A stretch of 64,000 nucleotides of DNA from a phage. Shown piece after piece: positions 20,406-30,553 of the stretch. Where the stretch lies: the sequence record PZ445428.1. One strand, written 5' to 3'. The number at the start of each line of letters is the position of its first letter. Within the stretch, counting starts at the first letter, position 1. The translations under genes and the position numbers were made by a program. The notes under the pieces are model-generated. The model was not told the origin of the DNA and did no database searches. It saw only the letters and a program-made list of their open reading frames with translations.

Positions 20406-23400
20406 TGGCGATCAGAACTAAAATTATTGTACAGCAGATTCTGAACATAGATGACACTACAACTACTGCTAGTAAGTATCCTAAGTATACAGTAGTTTTA
20501 GGTAACTCTATTAGTTCTATTACTGCTGGTGAGCTGACTGCAGCTGTGGAATCATCCGCAGCTTCAGCTGCTGCTGCTAAAGATTCTGAAATTGCAGCAA
20601 AATCATCCGAAACTAATGCTAGAGACTCAGAAAATAGAGCCGCTATCTATGCTGATTCTTCTGAAGCTTCTGCTACTCAATCAGCTACTTCTGCTACAGA
20701 ATCTGAGAGACAGGCTGAATTATCTAAGGCTAGCGCTGAAGAATCCGCTGCATCTGCTACAGAAGCTGGTACACACAAAGATGCGGCTCAGTTAGCTGCT
20801 CAAAATGCTGAGAGAAGTAGAGAACTAGCCGAACAAGCTAAAACTGCTGCTCAACAAGCCCAGGTAGCCGCGGAGACTGCTAAGACGGGAGCTGAAACAG
20901 CTAAAGAAGGAGCAGATGCTGCTGCGACAACGGCTGGAGAACATGCTGCTGCTGCTAAACAATCAGAACTAAATGCTAAAGTTTCCGAAACTAATGCTGC
21001 TGGTTCTGCTACCGAAGCTGGTGATAAAGCTATCGATGCTACTGCTGAGGCAGACCGTGCTAAAGCAGAAGCCGATCGTGCATCCCAGGTTGTTGATGGT
21101 AAACTTGATAAAGTAGACATCTCTGGTTTTATCAAAGTTTATAAGACAAAAGCAGAAGCTGATGCGGATGTTGCAAACCGTGTTCTAGATGAAAAGATCT
21201 TAGTTTGGAATCAAACTGAGTCAAAATATGGTTGGTATAAAGTTGCAGGTACTACTAAAGCTCCTGTCCTAGAGTTAGTAGAAACTGAACAGAAACTTGT
21301 ATCAATCAATAACGTTCACGCTGATGATGCTGGTAACGTACAGATTACACTTCCAGGCGGTAACCCTTCTCTATGGTTAGGTGAAGTTACTTGGTTCCCT
21401 TATGATAAAGATTCTGGTGTTGGCTACCCTGGTGTTCTGCCTGCTGATGGACGTGAAGTACTTCGCGTAGACTATCCAGATACTTGGGAAGCTATCGAAG
21501 CTGGTCTGATCCCCTCTGTTACTGAGACTGAATGGCAGGCGGGTGCAATTCTTTACTTCTCCACTGGTGATGGTTCTACAACGTTCCGTTTACCAGATAT
21601 GATGCAAGGGCAAGCCTTCCGTGCACCAACTAAAGGCGAAGAAGATGCTGGCGTTATTAAAGATCAGATTCCTTATGTTGTGACAGTTAATGGTATCTCT
21701 CCAGATGATATAACTGGTAACGTTGAAATTGATACCTCACTACAAGGTACTGTTAATATTAATCAAGGAGGTACTGGTGCAACAACTAAAGAAGACGCCC
21801 GTATAGCCCTCGAGCTATATAGTACTACGGAAGTTGATTCTGCTTTAGCAGATAAGGCCGATATTGCTACCACGTATACTAAGATGGAAGTTGATTCTGC
21901 TTTAGCAGATAAGGCCGATATTGCTACCACGTATACTAAGATGGAAGTTGATTCTGCTTTAGCAGACGCTAAAACTCAGTCAGATACTAACTACTTATTA
22001 AAAGCAAATAACTTGAGTGATCTCGGAGACCGTACTGCTGCATGGCTTAACGTGCGACCACTTGGCTCTACTCCACTGGCGTCAGACCCTGTAAGTGACT
22101 ATGACGCCACAACTAAGCGCTGGGTGCAGAACTTAATCGGCGCAGGGACTGTAGGCCCGACAATGAACGGGGTCATGAATTATGGTGTTGGGGATTTCCA
22201 CCTACGGGATAGCAGGGCGTATATTCAACCTTATGAGGTATTATCAGACGGTCAATTGCTTAATCGTGCAGCATGGCCTGAATTGTGGGCATATGCTCAG
22301 ATGCTATCCCCTATCAGTGATGCTGAGTGGCTTAGTTCTGCGGAAAAACGTGGGCGTTATTCCACCGGTGATGGGTCAACAACCTTCCGTGTTCCAGACC
22401 GAAACGGTGTGCAGCCTGGGTCAACGACTAGTCTTTTTGGACGAGGGGATGGTGGTACTTCATCAGAGAACGGTAGGGTTTATGAAGCTGCTGCACCTAA
22501 TATATTGGGGACATTTGCAAATGATACCAGCGGAAAGGTGTGGATGCCTGCTCCAAAATCAGTAACGGGATCTTTTGGTTATGCCCCAACAACAGAAATG
22601 ACATTTTTACCTAATGATGGTTCCTTTGTAAAAGTCAATAACAATGCTACTACGACCTTTAATGCGAGATTGAGCGACGAGGTATATGGTAAATACGAAG
22701 TTAAAAATCAGATACTGCCCAAAAGTTTTGTAGGTGTTTGGGTTATTCGCGCATCCGGAGGTTTTACTGCTGCAAATACGTCATGGTCTGTGATCAATGC
22801 GGATGCTGTGGTTCCTGGAGCTAATGTTACTACTTATGGTGGTGATATGTGGTCAACATACCAAGTGGCTGGTGCTGATTATGTCAAATTAGGCTATCGT
22901 GCGAAAGTCACTATTGATGGTGCGTCTACAGGAGAAATCCGTCTAATGGATAGCAGGGTAGGGGGTACTAGCAAAACCTGGGAAATGCCTACTGTCAGTG
23001 GTACGCTTCTTAGTAGTGCGGATATAGGAACTTCAGGAGCTAAAATCCCTTTACTTAACGTTCAGAACATGTGGACAAAAACTCAGGTTTTCCAAGAATC
23101 AGGTGTTGTCACTCAATCGGTGCTGCCATCGGATGCTACTTTAAATGATCACGGCGGTCCTCATTTTGTTTCATATGTTATAACTGATAATCAAATTCGT
23201 TTAGGCGCTAAATTCTTTTCTAGTTTTGATTCTACGAATTTAAGAAGAGCCGTTGTCCAAGTCACAACAGATAACGATGCTTCCGCCCAGATATTTGCAT
23301 TTGATCAGAGAGGGGATATTTCATCTGCGAAAGGTATTGTACAGTGGAGTGGCTCTGATACCCGTATTAAGACTAACTTTGAACCTGTGCAAAGTGGGTC

Positions 23401-23803
23401 GTGGGAGCGTATTTCTAAGATTAGTATCTGTGAATATACCTATAAGGTAAACCCTACTCCTCAGCGTGGGTATCTCGCTCAGCAAATGAGGGAAATAGAC
23501 CCGTTATATGTCTTTGAAGGGGGTAGGTCTATTGATGATAACGGCAAAGAGTTTGAAATACTAAACGTGAACGATAAAGCTGTTACAGCAGATTTAATCA
23601 TAGTTGTGCAGCAAATGCAGGAAAAACTAGCTGTGCTTGAAGAGCATAATAAAAAGATTATCCCCTTAGAGGAAGAAATAGCTACTTTAAAAGATGAAGT
23701 TAATACTCTTAAAAAGTTACTTGTAGAGATTAATCAATCATTAGCTATCACTAGTCGTGTCTCAGCTTTAGAGTCCGAAGTTAATGAATTAAAACGTCCT
23801 TAA
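20405..23803 (+). CDS. Long (L-shaped-type) tail fibre protein with C-terminal intramolecular chaperone-like domain
   Basis: 1132 aa; N-terminal Ala/Ser/Glu-rich helical repeats; in-frame 19-aa tandem repeat; C-terminus has SDTRIKTN...QRGYLAQQ motif followed by coiled coil, resembling peptidase S74-type fibre chaperone domains. Confidence 0.7.
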   Translation: MAIRTKIIVQQILNIDDTTTTASKYPKYTVVLGNSISSITAGELTAAVESSAASAAAAKDSEIAAKSSETNARDSENRAAIYADSSEASATQSATSATESERQAELSKASAEESAASATEAGTHKDAAQLAAQNAERSRELAEQAKTAAQQAQVAAETAKTGAETAKEGADAAATTAGEHAAAAKQSELNAKVSETNAAGSATEAGDKAIDATAEADRAKAEADRASQVVDGKLDKVDISGFIKVYKTKAEADADVANRVLDEKILVWNQTESKYGWYKVAGTTKAPVLELVETEQKLVSINNVHADDAGNVQITLPGGNPSLWLGEVTWFPYDKDSGVGYPGVLPADGREVLRVDYPDTWEAIEAGLIPSVTETEWQAGAILYFSTGDGSTTFRLPDMMQGQAFRAPTKGEEDAGVIKDQIPYVVTVNGISPDDITGNVEIDTSLQGTVNINQGGTGATTKEDARIALELYSTTEVDSALADKADIATTYTKMEVDSALADKADIATTYTKMEVDSALADAKTQSDTNYLLKANNLSDLGDRTAAWLNVRPLGSTPLASDPVSDYDATTKRWVQNLIGAGTVGPTMNGVMNYGVGDFHLRDSRAYIQPYEVLSDGQLLNRAAWPELWAYAQMLSPISDAEWLSSAEKRGRYSTGDGSTTFRVPDRNGVQPGSTTSLFGRGDGGTSSENGRVYEAAAPNILGTFANDTSGKVWMPAPKSVTGSFGYAPTTEMTFLPNDGSFVKVNNNATTTFNARLSDEVYGKYEVKNQILPKSFVGVWVIRASGGFTAANTSWSVINADAVVPGANVTTYGGDMWSTYQVAGADYVKLGYRAKVTIDGASTGEIRLMDSRVGGTSKTWEMPTVSGTLLSSADIGTSGAKIPLLNVQNMWTKTQVFQESGVVTQSVLPSDATLNDHGGPHFVSYVITDNQIRLGAKFFSSFDSTNLRRAVVQVTTDNDASAQIFAFDQRGDISSAKGIVQWSGSDTRIKTNFEPVQSGSWERISKISICEYTYKVNPTPQRGYLAQQMREIDPLYVFEGGRSIDDNGKEFEILNVNDKAVTADLIIVVQQMQEKLAVLEEHNKKIIPLEEEIATLKDEVNTLKKLLVEINQSLAITSRVSALESEVNELKRP
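21830..21966 (+). repeat. In-frame 57-bp direct tandem repeat (about 2.4 copies) inside long tail fibre gene
   Basis: GAAGTTGATTCTGCTTTAGCAGATAAGGCCGATATTGCTACCACGTATACTAAGATG occurs twice perfectly, then a 23-nt partial third copy; encodes EVDSALADKADIATTYTKM. Confidence 0.9.
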
Positions 23804-23819
23804 TAATTATTAGGTAAAT

Positions 23820-23841
23820 ACCTGTGAGATATCTCACAGGT
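23820..23841. repeat. Perfect 22-bp palindrome between the two tail-fibre genes
   Basis: ACCTGTGAGATATCTCACAGGT, self-complementary around GATATC. Confidence 0.85.
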
Positions 23842-23915
23842 ATCCCCTAGTACTAATTTATTAAAAAAGTAAAGAAGATTATAGTATATACTACTAGGTC
23901 TTTCTAGGAAATACT

Positions 23916-25682
23916 ATGTCACGTAATTTAATGCCTAAATCCGGCGCAATGGCGCCTTACGTTGTAGTTAACAGAGATGCTGCGGTTGCTGGTGTTTTCT
24001 CTGTTGATGGAGAGGCTGGTGCTGTTGTACTAACTTCCAAATACCTACAAATTACAAAGTATACTACTGATAAGACAGCTACTGATGCTGCGATCAAGAG
24101 TATTAATGATTCAATTGGTAACATCAATACTGCACTTGGTGGTATCAACACTACTCTAGATACTAAGGCTGCAAAAGGTGCTAATAACGATATTATAGAA
24201 CTAAACGCACTGACTAAGGCTATTACTATTGCTCAGGGAGGTACTGGTGCTACTACCTTACCAGACGCAAAAACAGCTTTACAAGTAGATCGTTTAAGGC
24301 AGCAGGATAATGGTACTTTTGTAACCTCTCCAGATGGGAAGTACTCTTTATTTATCTATAATAGTGGAGATTTTGGACTGATTAATAGTTCTACTGCTGC
24401 AGTCCAAGCTATGAAAGTGCAGTTCGGAGGAACAGGGGCTTATGACGCAAAAACAGCAAGAAAGAACCTAGATGTTCCTGTAGGAGCTACAGCTGTAAAT
24501 ATTCCCCCTAATAGTAACGTTCTTGCATATATTGCTACTATGGGGCAGAGTGGATACTACTCTTCAGGTGAGCTAATCACATTTGGTCCTCCTGTACAAG
24601 AAGGTTGGTGGACTTTTAACTTCCACTGTCATGGTGTAGATATCAATGGTGTTGCACAGTATGGGGTTCTTAAGGCAACCGGGATATCAGGTAGTTCTTG
24701 GATCAATATTCTCAGCGGATCAGGTAATTGGACAGGCTGGCAAGAGCAGTTTAATGTACAGTCTACAATCTCTATTGCTAATGGAGGTACTGGTGGTAAT
24801 ACATATGGTCAAGCTAGAGAGAATCTAGGTATTACACGTTTTGTTCAAGGTTCCTCCTCAACAGTAGTACAGTCTGCTGATGGGTTGCATAGCTTCAGTC
24901 TTGCGGATACCGGAGAATGGGGTGTTACTAAGAAAGGGCAGCCAGGTTGGATTACTTTAGGGATCGCCCAAGGAGGTACTGGTGGGGGAGATATTAATAC
25001 TGCTCGTAACAACCTTAATCTAGGAACTGGTCAGCAGGCAGTATTTGACTCAGTATATTTGCCTAACTATAAGGCTGCTGATTGGTCTTATGGGGTAGGT
25101 TGTAGAATCAATGGTGGTGCATTATCTAGTTGGTCTTCTAGGCCTGTAGCTGTTAGTGTTGATGGTAATACTACTGATGTGGCTGTAGGTATTGCTAAAG
25201 TTACTATTCCAGGAAAAGGATACGCTTGTAACGTTGATGGCATACTTTGGAACGACGGAACCTCTGAGCTAGATATAATGACTGGTGCTTCTAGATTCTA
25301 TTTCCATAGTGATGGTGGTGGTAGAGCATCTAACTGGATTAACGTCTCAGATATTAGAACTAAATCTAATTTAGCTAAGATCGAAAATCCATTAAGTAAG
25401 ATCAATTTACTATGTGGTTATACTTATCAGAAACGAACTAACATTGATGATCCTGAAAGCAAAGATTATTCTATGGAAGCAGGTATTATTGCTCAGGATC
25501 TCCAGAAAGTATTGCCTGAAGCTGTATACCAAGTAAGTCAGGACGGTTACCTTGGTGTTAGTTATGGTGGTGTTTCTGCCCTTCTAGTTAGCGCTGTTAA
25601 TGAGCTTAGTGGGATTGTTGAGCAACAGAAGCAAGAAATTGATGAACTCAAGGAATTGGTAAAACAACTACTTGCTAAGTAA
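23916..25682 (+). CDS. Second tail fibre protein with C-terminal intramolecular chaperone-like domain
   Basis: 588 aa; Gly-rich beta-like body; C-terminal SDIRTKSN...GYTYQKR...coiled coil parallels the C-terminus of the upstream fibre. Confidence 0.6.
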   Translation: MSRNLMPKSGAMAPYVVVNRDAAVAGVFSVDGEAGAVVLTSKYLQITKYTTDKTATDAAIKSINDSIGNINTALGGINTTLDTKAAKGANNDIIELNALTKAITIAQGGTGATTLPDAKTALQVDRLRQQDNGTFVTSPDGKYSLFIYNSGDFGLINSSTAAVQAMKVQFGGTGAYDAKTARKNLDVPVGATAVNIPPNSNVLAYIATMGQSGYYSSGELITFGPPVQEGWWTFNFHCHGVDINGVAQYGVLKATGISGSSWINILSGSGNWTGWQEQFNVQSTISIANGGTGGNTYGQARENLGITRFVQGSSSTVVQSADGLHSFSLADTGEWGVTKKGQPGWITLGIAQGGTGGGDINTARNNLNLGTGQQAVFDSVYLPNYKAADWSYGVGCRINGGALSSWSSRPVAVSVDGNTTDVAVGIAKVTIPGKGYACNVDGILWNDGTSELDIMTGASRFYFHSDGGGRASNWINVSDIRTKSNLAKIENPLSKINLLCGYTYQKRTNIDDPESKDYSMEAGIIAQDLQKVLPEAVYQVSQDGYLGVSYGGVSALLVSAVNELSGIVEQQKQEIDELKELVKQLLAK

Positions 25683-25688
25683 AAGAAA

Positions 25689-25716
25689 ACCCCAGTGGAT
25701 TGTCCACTGGGGTTTA
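25689..25716. terminator. Bidirectional terminator between convergent late (+) and early (-) modules
   Basis: AACCCCAGTGGA-TTGT-CCACTGGGGTT hairpin flanked by A-run on one side and T-rich run on the other. Confidence 0.65.
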
Positions 25717-25719
25717 TTA

Positions 25720-25989
25720 TTATCTACTTCCGGTAATAATACCTAAGTTAAATACTGCTAACATAGCTCTGAGAGTAGGATCTTCGGACTTGCTACATAA
25801 TTCGACAAAAGCATCTTCGTCCCAATAAATTACATTACCTTCTCGATCTACTTTAAGAACTACATTATTCAGGTTAGGTTCAGCAACTGCAACATGATAA
25901 GTATTTGACTGCTCAAAATTACCTACCATATTAGGATCTGAATAGTTATAATTATTTACTTCCTGAGCTTCCAAATCCACCTTCTCCAC
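25720..25989 (-). CDS. Hypothetical protein
   Basis: 89-aa ORF, GTG start, overlaps end of dUTPase gene; weak. Confidence 0.25.
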   Translation of the reverse strand: MEKVDLEAQEVNNYNYSDPNMVGNFEQSNTYHVAVAEPNLNNVVLKVDREGNVIYWDEDAFVELCSKSEDPTLRAMLAVFNLGIITGSR

Positions 25990-26398
25990 GTACAGTCTCC
26001 TCTAATTCGTCGACGATTTCAAAATGATGAGTTGAATAGTGTGGTAGTACCACTAGCTGGCAAAGTCTCTCGAAATTCTCCAGTGTTTGAATTTCAGAAC
26101 CGTAGTTAAACAGATTCATCTTAATAGTCCCACGATAGTCTGAGTCGATCACACCTGAGGTGTTTGCGATCATCAGATGACGCTTACCTAAAGAGCTACG
26201 AGGAACTACTAAACCGAACCAACCTTGCGGAATTTCCACCGCAACACCGGTATCAATCATAAGGGCTTTGCCCGGTGCAATAGCTTTTAAATCTGCATTT
26301 GGGTTAGTACCGAAGAATGCGCGCAGATCCATTCCTGCGGCATCTTCAGATCCAATCTTCGGCATGCAATCTGGGTGAGTTAGTTTAATTTTAATCAT
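25952..26398 (-). CDS. dut: dUTPase
   Basis: 148 aa with dUTPase motifs AGMDL, PRSSL, GVIDSDYRG, RGEGGFGSSG. Confidence 0.85.
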   Translation of the reverse strand: MIKIKLTHPDCMPKIGSEDAAGMDLRAFFGTNPNADLKAIAPGKALMIDTGVAVEIPQGWFGLVVPRSSLGKRHLMIANTSGVIDSDYRGTIKMNLFNYGSEIQTLENFERLCQLVVLPHYSTHHFEIVDELEETVRGEGGFGSSGSK

Positions 26399-27270
26399 TG
26401 TCCAGCAATCTCCAAAATATCTTTCGTAAACTTATCAAGTACGTCTTGACCAACCGCAGCAATAGCATCTATACAGTAAGTCGGTAAATCAACCAGAATC
26501 AGATTTCGGAAAAGCAACTCCTCCGATGCGTTCAGATTCTGTATATATTTTTGTTTCCCAGGCAAAGGAAGTTGGTCAATAATATCCAGAACGTTTCCAA
26601 ATTCACGGATAATATTATAGCCACGTTTTGCACCAATCCCTTCAACACCACGGATGTTATCACCAAGATCTCCCATGATTGCTTTTAAAGAGATAAACTG
26701 GTCAACATCATCAACGTTGTGGTGCTCATACATATCACGAAGATGATACTCACGACGTGTGGTAAATGAGAAGCGAGAAACTCGATCTGTTAAGAGAGTA
26801 TCCCAGTCACCATCGGTAGAGATTAACCAAACGTGATCATAATAATGACCAATGAGCTTAACAATATAAGCTGCCATGTCATCTGCTTCTACACCACGGA
26901 TAGTGAAGGTCGGGAATGTAGTTTCACACAACTCGAAAGCATCACGCAGATACTCGAAGAACTGCTCGTCTAGAGCTTTCTCTTCTTCTGTACGTTGTGC
27001 ATACTTTTCATCCCGGTTGCCCTTATAATCTGGAAGATGTTCAAGACGGAATACAGACTTCCCTTTATCACCAAGAACAATCGTAGTTCTAGCAGAATAA
27101 GATTTCGCCAAAGATTGAATCGTCGATACATAACTAGAAGCAAAAGGTTTCTTACTATTATTATGTTTAAAGCGGAAGCCTAAGTTAGTTCCGTCAACAA
27201 TCATAAGATTACGACGAGAAGCCAGCTCAGCTTCTTCCTCTTCAATAAATTTTCCCCAGGATTTACTCAT
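26395..27270 (-). CDS. Flap endonuclease / 5'-3' exonuclease (T5 D15-type)
   Basis: 291 aa; acidic clusters typical of FEN family (MIVDGTNL, GDKGKSVFR, EADDMAAY, STDGDWD) and C-terminal helix-hairpin-helix-like GIGAKRG. Confidence 0.8.
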   Translation of the reverse strand: MSKSWGKFIEEEEAELASRRNLMIVDGTNLGFRFKHNNSKKPFASSYVSTIQSLAKSYSARTTIVLGDKGKSVFRLEHLPDYKGNRDEKYAQRTEEEKALDEQFFEYLRDAFELCETTFPTFTIRGVEADDMAAYIVKLIGHYYDHVWLISTDGDWDTLLTDRVSRFSFTTRREYHLRDMYEHHNVDDVDQFISLKAIMGDLGDNIRGVEGIGAKRGYNIIREFGNVLDIIDQLPLPGKQKYIQNLNASEELLFRNLILVDLPTYCIDAIAAVGQDVLDKFTKDILEIAGQ

Positions 27271-27752
27271 TATTTAATTAAGTCCTCAACAGATAAGTGA
27301 TGTAACCACGGCTCAAATAAACCGATTACGATTTCCATGTCTTTCTTATTTAGCACCATATGGGTACGACTCATTAAGTTGTCAACCATCGGGTCTGAGC
27401 TATCCAATGCAACTAACCACTGTCCTCTGTCTTTCTTGAATATCAATGCTGGTTTGGAGTTCATCTGCTCACCTTCACGGGAACATTGCTGCCACCACTT
27501 CTCTAGAGTGGATTCACCAACATTGAATAAATTACTTGAAATATTATCATCTTTATACCACTTAACTTCGAAGCAGTATTTACTAATGTGTCCGCTTTGT
27601 GGTGGGAGGTAGATGTCACCCTTTAGTCCATGGCTCTGGCCAAAAGCACCAGAGCCTGGAACACGTTCCCACTCAAGACCTGTACGTTCACGCAGTATAT
27701 CTCTTACCTGATATTCACCACGTTTACCTTTCTCTCTACTATCTACGGCCAT
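27270..27752 (-). CDS. Hypothetical protein (possible nuclease-fold)
   Basis: 160-aa ORF between SbcC-like and FEN genes; E...D...EVK spacing vaguely like PD-(D/E)xK; not confirmed. Confidence 0.3.
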   Translation of the reverse strand: MAVDSREKGKRGEYQVRDILRERTGLEWERVPGSGAFGQSHGLKGDIYLPPQSGHISKYCFEVKWYKDDNISSNLFNVGESTLEKWWQQCSREGEQMNSKPALIFKKDRGQWLVALDSSDPMVDNLMSRTHMVLNKKDMEIVIGLFEPWLHHLSVEDLIK

Positions 27753-27756
27753 GTTT

Positions 27757-29595
27757 TTATTCTAAGTAGGAAAATCCTTCTGCATCTTTTTTGACAGTAA
27801 TCTTATGGGCTAATGGATGCGTATGCCCATGAGAAACAATGATAGAGTTCAGACTATCTTCCTCATTTAATAATTCAACGAGAGTGTCAAGCCCTTTCGT
27901 ATCAATAAAGCTAATCACTTCATCAAGGAACAGAAGATTAATGTTAACTTTACTAATAGATGTTAACAGCATACGAATCGCTAACAGTGTTGCTAGGTTA
28001 ATTCGACTTTGCTGACCAGTAGAGCAGTTCTCCATACTGGTTCTATTTCCATCATTGAAGATTACTACCTGTAATTTCGTTTCATCAAGCTCAAATCCAA
28101 GTGCGAACTTACCAGCAGTCATAATAGAAAGATATTTATTAATTAATTCTTCAAACACTTTCACACTATGCTCTAGTTTATATCCTACCAGATTTTTCAA
28201 AGCAGCAATCAGAATATCAAGATCAGCTACAGCTTCGGCTACTCCATCAAGTTTGGAAGTAATCTCAGTCATTTCTGCTTCTGCTTTCTCTATCTGTTCT
28301 AGCTTTGCTTTATACCTTGCATTGGCAACTTCAACATTTGAGTTATGCTCTTTAGCCCTTGCAACTTTGGAACGGCCATCCGCTATTTCCTGTTCAAGCT
28401 GTAGGATTTGCACCTGTAGGATTTGCACATTGAGTTCTTCAAAAGAGGAATCACTCATTGAATTTTTGAACTCGTCTCTAGCTGCTACTGCCTTATCCAA
28501 AGCATCTTTAGCTCTAGTGTACGCAGTGTACTCGAGTTGTTCTTTCTTTAATACTTCCAGTTGCGCTTCGAGTGTCTGCTTCTCTTTAAATAGAGGATCA
28601 TATTCCACTCGTGCCATATCCATAGCTTTTTGTGCAGCCGTTGTATCCAGATGAGTTCCGCAGGTAGGACATTCAGTTGCTGAAGCCTCATGCTTGAACT
28701 TCTGATAACGTTTCTTGACTTCGCCCGCACGTGAGGTAACAATCGTTAGGTCACGCGTAACATTCGAGATATCGTCGTTTTTGCACATGGGCGCGGGAAG
28801 ATTTTGATAAGGCTCGAAAGATTTTTCGGCAACTTGTACAGCTTTGTCCAAATTACGTAACTTAGTAATATTAGCTTCTTGTGCTTTAGCTAATGCCGCC
28901 TTGACTTTCGACTCAGTCAACTCTTGTGACAGTGGTTCTTCATCAAACTCAGGAACTTCAACTGGCTCCTGCAAACTTCCGAGATTGTCTTTACTATTGA
29001 GAATCTTCGTAATTACAGCCATTTGGCCTTGCAGATTACTTAATGTAGCTGCCACTTCTTTACGATCAGTCTTAATAGTTTCAGACATTTCTTTATATTG
29101 CTCTTGATTAAACAAGTTAACAAGAAATGCTTTACGTGTTGCATCAGTAGCTTTGAGGAAGTCTAGATTTGAACCAACAGATTGATAGATCAATTTGGTG
29201 AACGTTTGGAAATCTCCACCCATAATCTCTTCGATCATCTTGTACGTTTGAGTTGCTGTGTGTCCACTGACATCTTCTCCGTTCTTAATCAGTGTAACTT
29301 TAGCAGTTGATTTAACAACTTTATGCAGCTCGTACTCATCTTCATCTTTCGAGAAGTAAGCGTGCATTTCGTACTCTTTCTTCGGAGCGCTCCATGAGAA
29401 GAGGGCGTCCTTCTTGATACCACGTGAGTTCTTATTATAAAAGAGTTCCTCAAGAACAGTAGCAATAGTGGACTTCCCTAAACCATTTTCTCCGATTAAC
29501 TGAGTAACTGGGTTCTTATCGAAATGAATCACGATATCCTTACCGTAAGACATAACGTTGCTGAATTTTAGTGTCTTAATTATAATCTTTGACAT
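27757..29595 (-). CDS. SbcC/Rad50-like recombination ATPase
   Basis: Walker A ENGLGKST, long central coiled coil with CPTCG zinc-hook-like motif, C-terminal LLFLDEV Walker B. Start set to ATG at 29595 (MSKIII); track ORF begins at TTG 29625. Confidence 0.75.
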   Translation of the reverse strand: MSKIIIKTLKFSNVMSYGKDIVIHFDKNPVTQLIGENGLGKSTIATVLEELFYNKNSRGIKKDALFSWSAPKKEYEMHAYFSKDEDEYELHKVVKSTAKVTLIKNGEDVSGHTATQTYKMIEEIMGGDFQTFTKLIYQSVGSNLDFLKATDATRKAFLVNLFNQEQYKEMSETIKTDRKEVAATLSNLQGQMAVITKILNSKDNLGSLQEPVEVPEFDEEPLSQELTESKVKAALAKAQEANITKLRNLDKAVQVAEKSFEPYQNLPAPMCKNDDISNVTRDLTIVTSRAGEVKKRYQKFKHEASATECPTCGTHLDTTAAQKAMDMARVEYDPLFKEKQTLEAQLEVLKKEQLEYTAYTRAKDALDKAVAARDEFKNSMSDSSFEELNVQILQVQILQLEQEIADGRSKVARAKEHNSNVEVANARYKAKLEQIEKAEAEMTEITSKLDGVAEAVADLDILIAALKNLVGYKLEHSVKVFEELINKYLSIMTAGKFALGFELDETKLQVVIFNDGNRTSMENCSTGQQSRINLATLLAIRMLLTSISKVNINLLFLDEVISFIDTKGLDTLVELLNEEDSLNSIIVSHGHTHPLAHKITVKKDAEGFSYLE

Positions 29596-30553
29596 ATTTA
29601 GCAGCTCTAGCCAAAATTCGATCAATATCGTCTTGGGTCAGCTTTTCAACTTCACGGAAGTAAAGTTCTAGCTCGCCTAACATATCAAGATCGACAAGAT
29701 TTAATTTAGCATCTTTAGTAACTCGATGGTTAATCTTTTTATCTAAGAGATCGGAGTTCTTAACAGACTTCAACTGAACAACGTCACCAGTGACTTCATA
29801 GATTACACGGTCATAATCACTTGGTTCCATTTCTTCGCCAACCTCGATTGTCCTACGAATCAATTGAGGTAAATCACCAAGTTCAATCCATTCTACTTTT
29901 AATGTGTCGGTATCGATGATGAAACAACCATTCGTACCTTTTGTGCGTTCTCTATGGAACGATGTAGTTAACGGAGATCCTGGATAAAGAAGTTTAGTAG
30001 AACCAATAGTTTGACTATTAGTATAAGAATGTAAATCGCCAGCAATTACAGTGTCATAACAGTTATACCTCGTTAGATCAATCTCTGGTTTTACATGTGG
30101 AGGGATTTCACCACGAACATGCGTGAAACATAGTTTTGATTCAGATGGTTTCCACTTCGGTTTGTGGATTTCAGCGTAGGGAACTATATCATATTCTGGT
30201 GAACGATAGGGCTTAGTAACAACATCCCATTTTCCATTAGTTACCTTATGGATAACTCCAGCATAGTGATACAAACATGAAATTGTTTTGGTTAACATTT
30301 CATGGTTTCCGGTGAAGATCTTACCGGGATGATCAAGTCTTGACATGAATTGTTCAAGAAGTTCTACTTCTTCCGACGACGGGTCGGAATGGTCAAATAA
30401 ATCACCACCAATAATATGAAGATCACAGTTATGATTATGGAATACATCATTTAAACGGCCCCCCAACATTAAGAATCTCTTCTTTTGCCATTCTTTGGGG
30501 ATTTTGTCCTGTCCAAGTTTTATATGATGATCTGCGCTAAAGAGTATTTTCAT
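29576..30553 (-). CDS. SbcD/Mre11-like nuclease (calcineurin-type phosphoesterase)
   Basis: LFSADHH, GGDLFDH, GNHE, HVRG metallophosphatase motifs; adjacent to SbcC-like gene. Confidence 0.8.
   Translation of the reverse strand: MKILFSADHHIKLGQDKIPKEWQKKRFLMLGGRLNDVFHNHNCDLHIIGGDLFDHSDPSSEEVELLEQFMSRLDHPGKIFTGNHEMLTKTISCLYHYAGVIHKVTNGKWDVVTKPYRSPEYDIVPYAEIHKPKWKPSESKLCFTHVRGEIPPHVKPEIDLTRYNCYDTVIAGDLHSYTNSQTIGSTKLLYPGSPLTTSFHRERTKGTNGCFIIDTDTLKVEWIELGDLPQLIRRTIEVGEEMEPSDYDRVIYEVTGDVVQLKSVKNSDLLDKKINHRVTKDAKLNLVDLDMLGELELYFREVEKLTQDDIDRILARAAKYVKDYN

Noticed and set aside
23804-23915. Sigma70-type promoter for the second fibre gene
   Set aside because: Only weak hexamers (TTATTA...TATAGT) with poor spacing; late genes may use a modified polymerase, so no call was made
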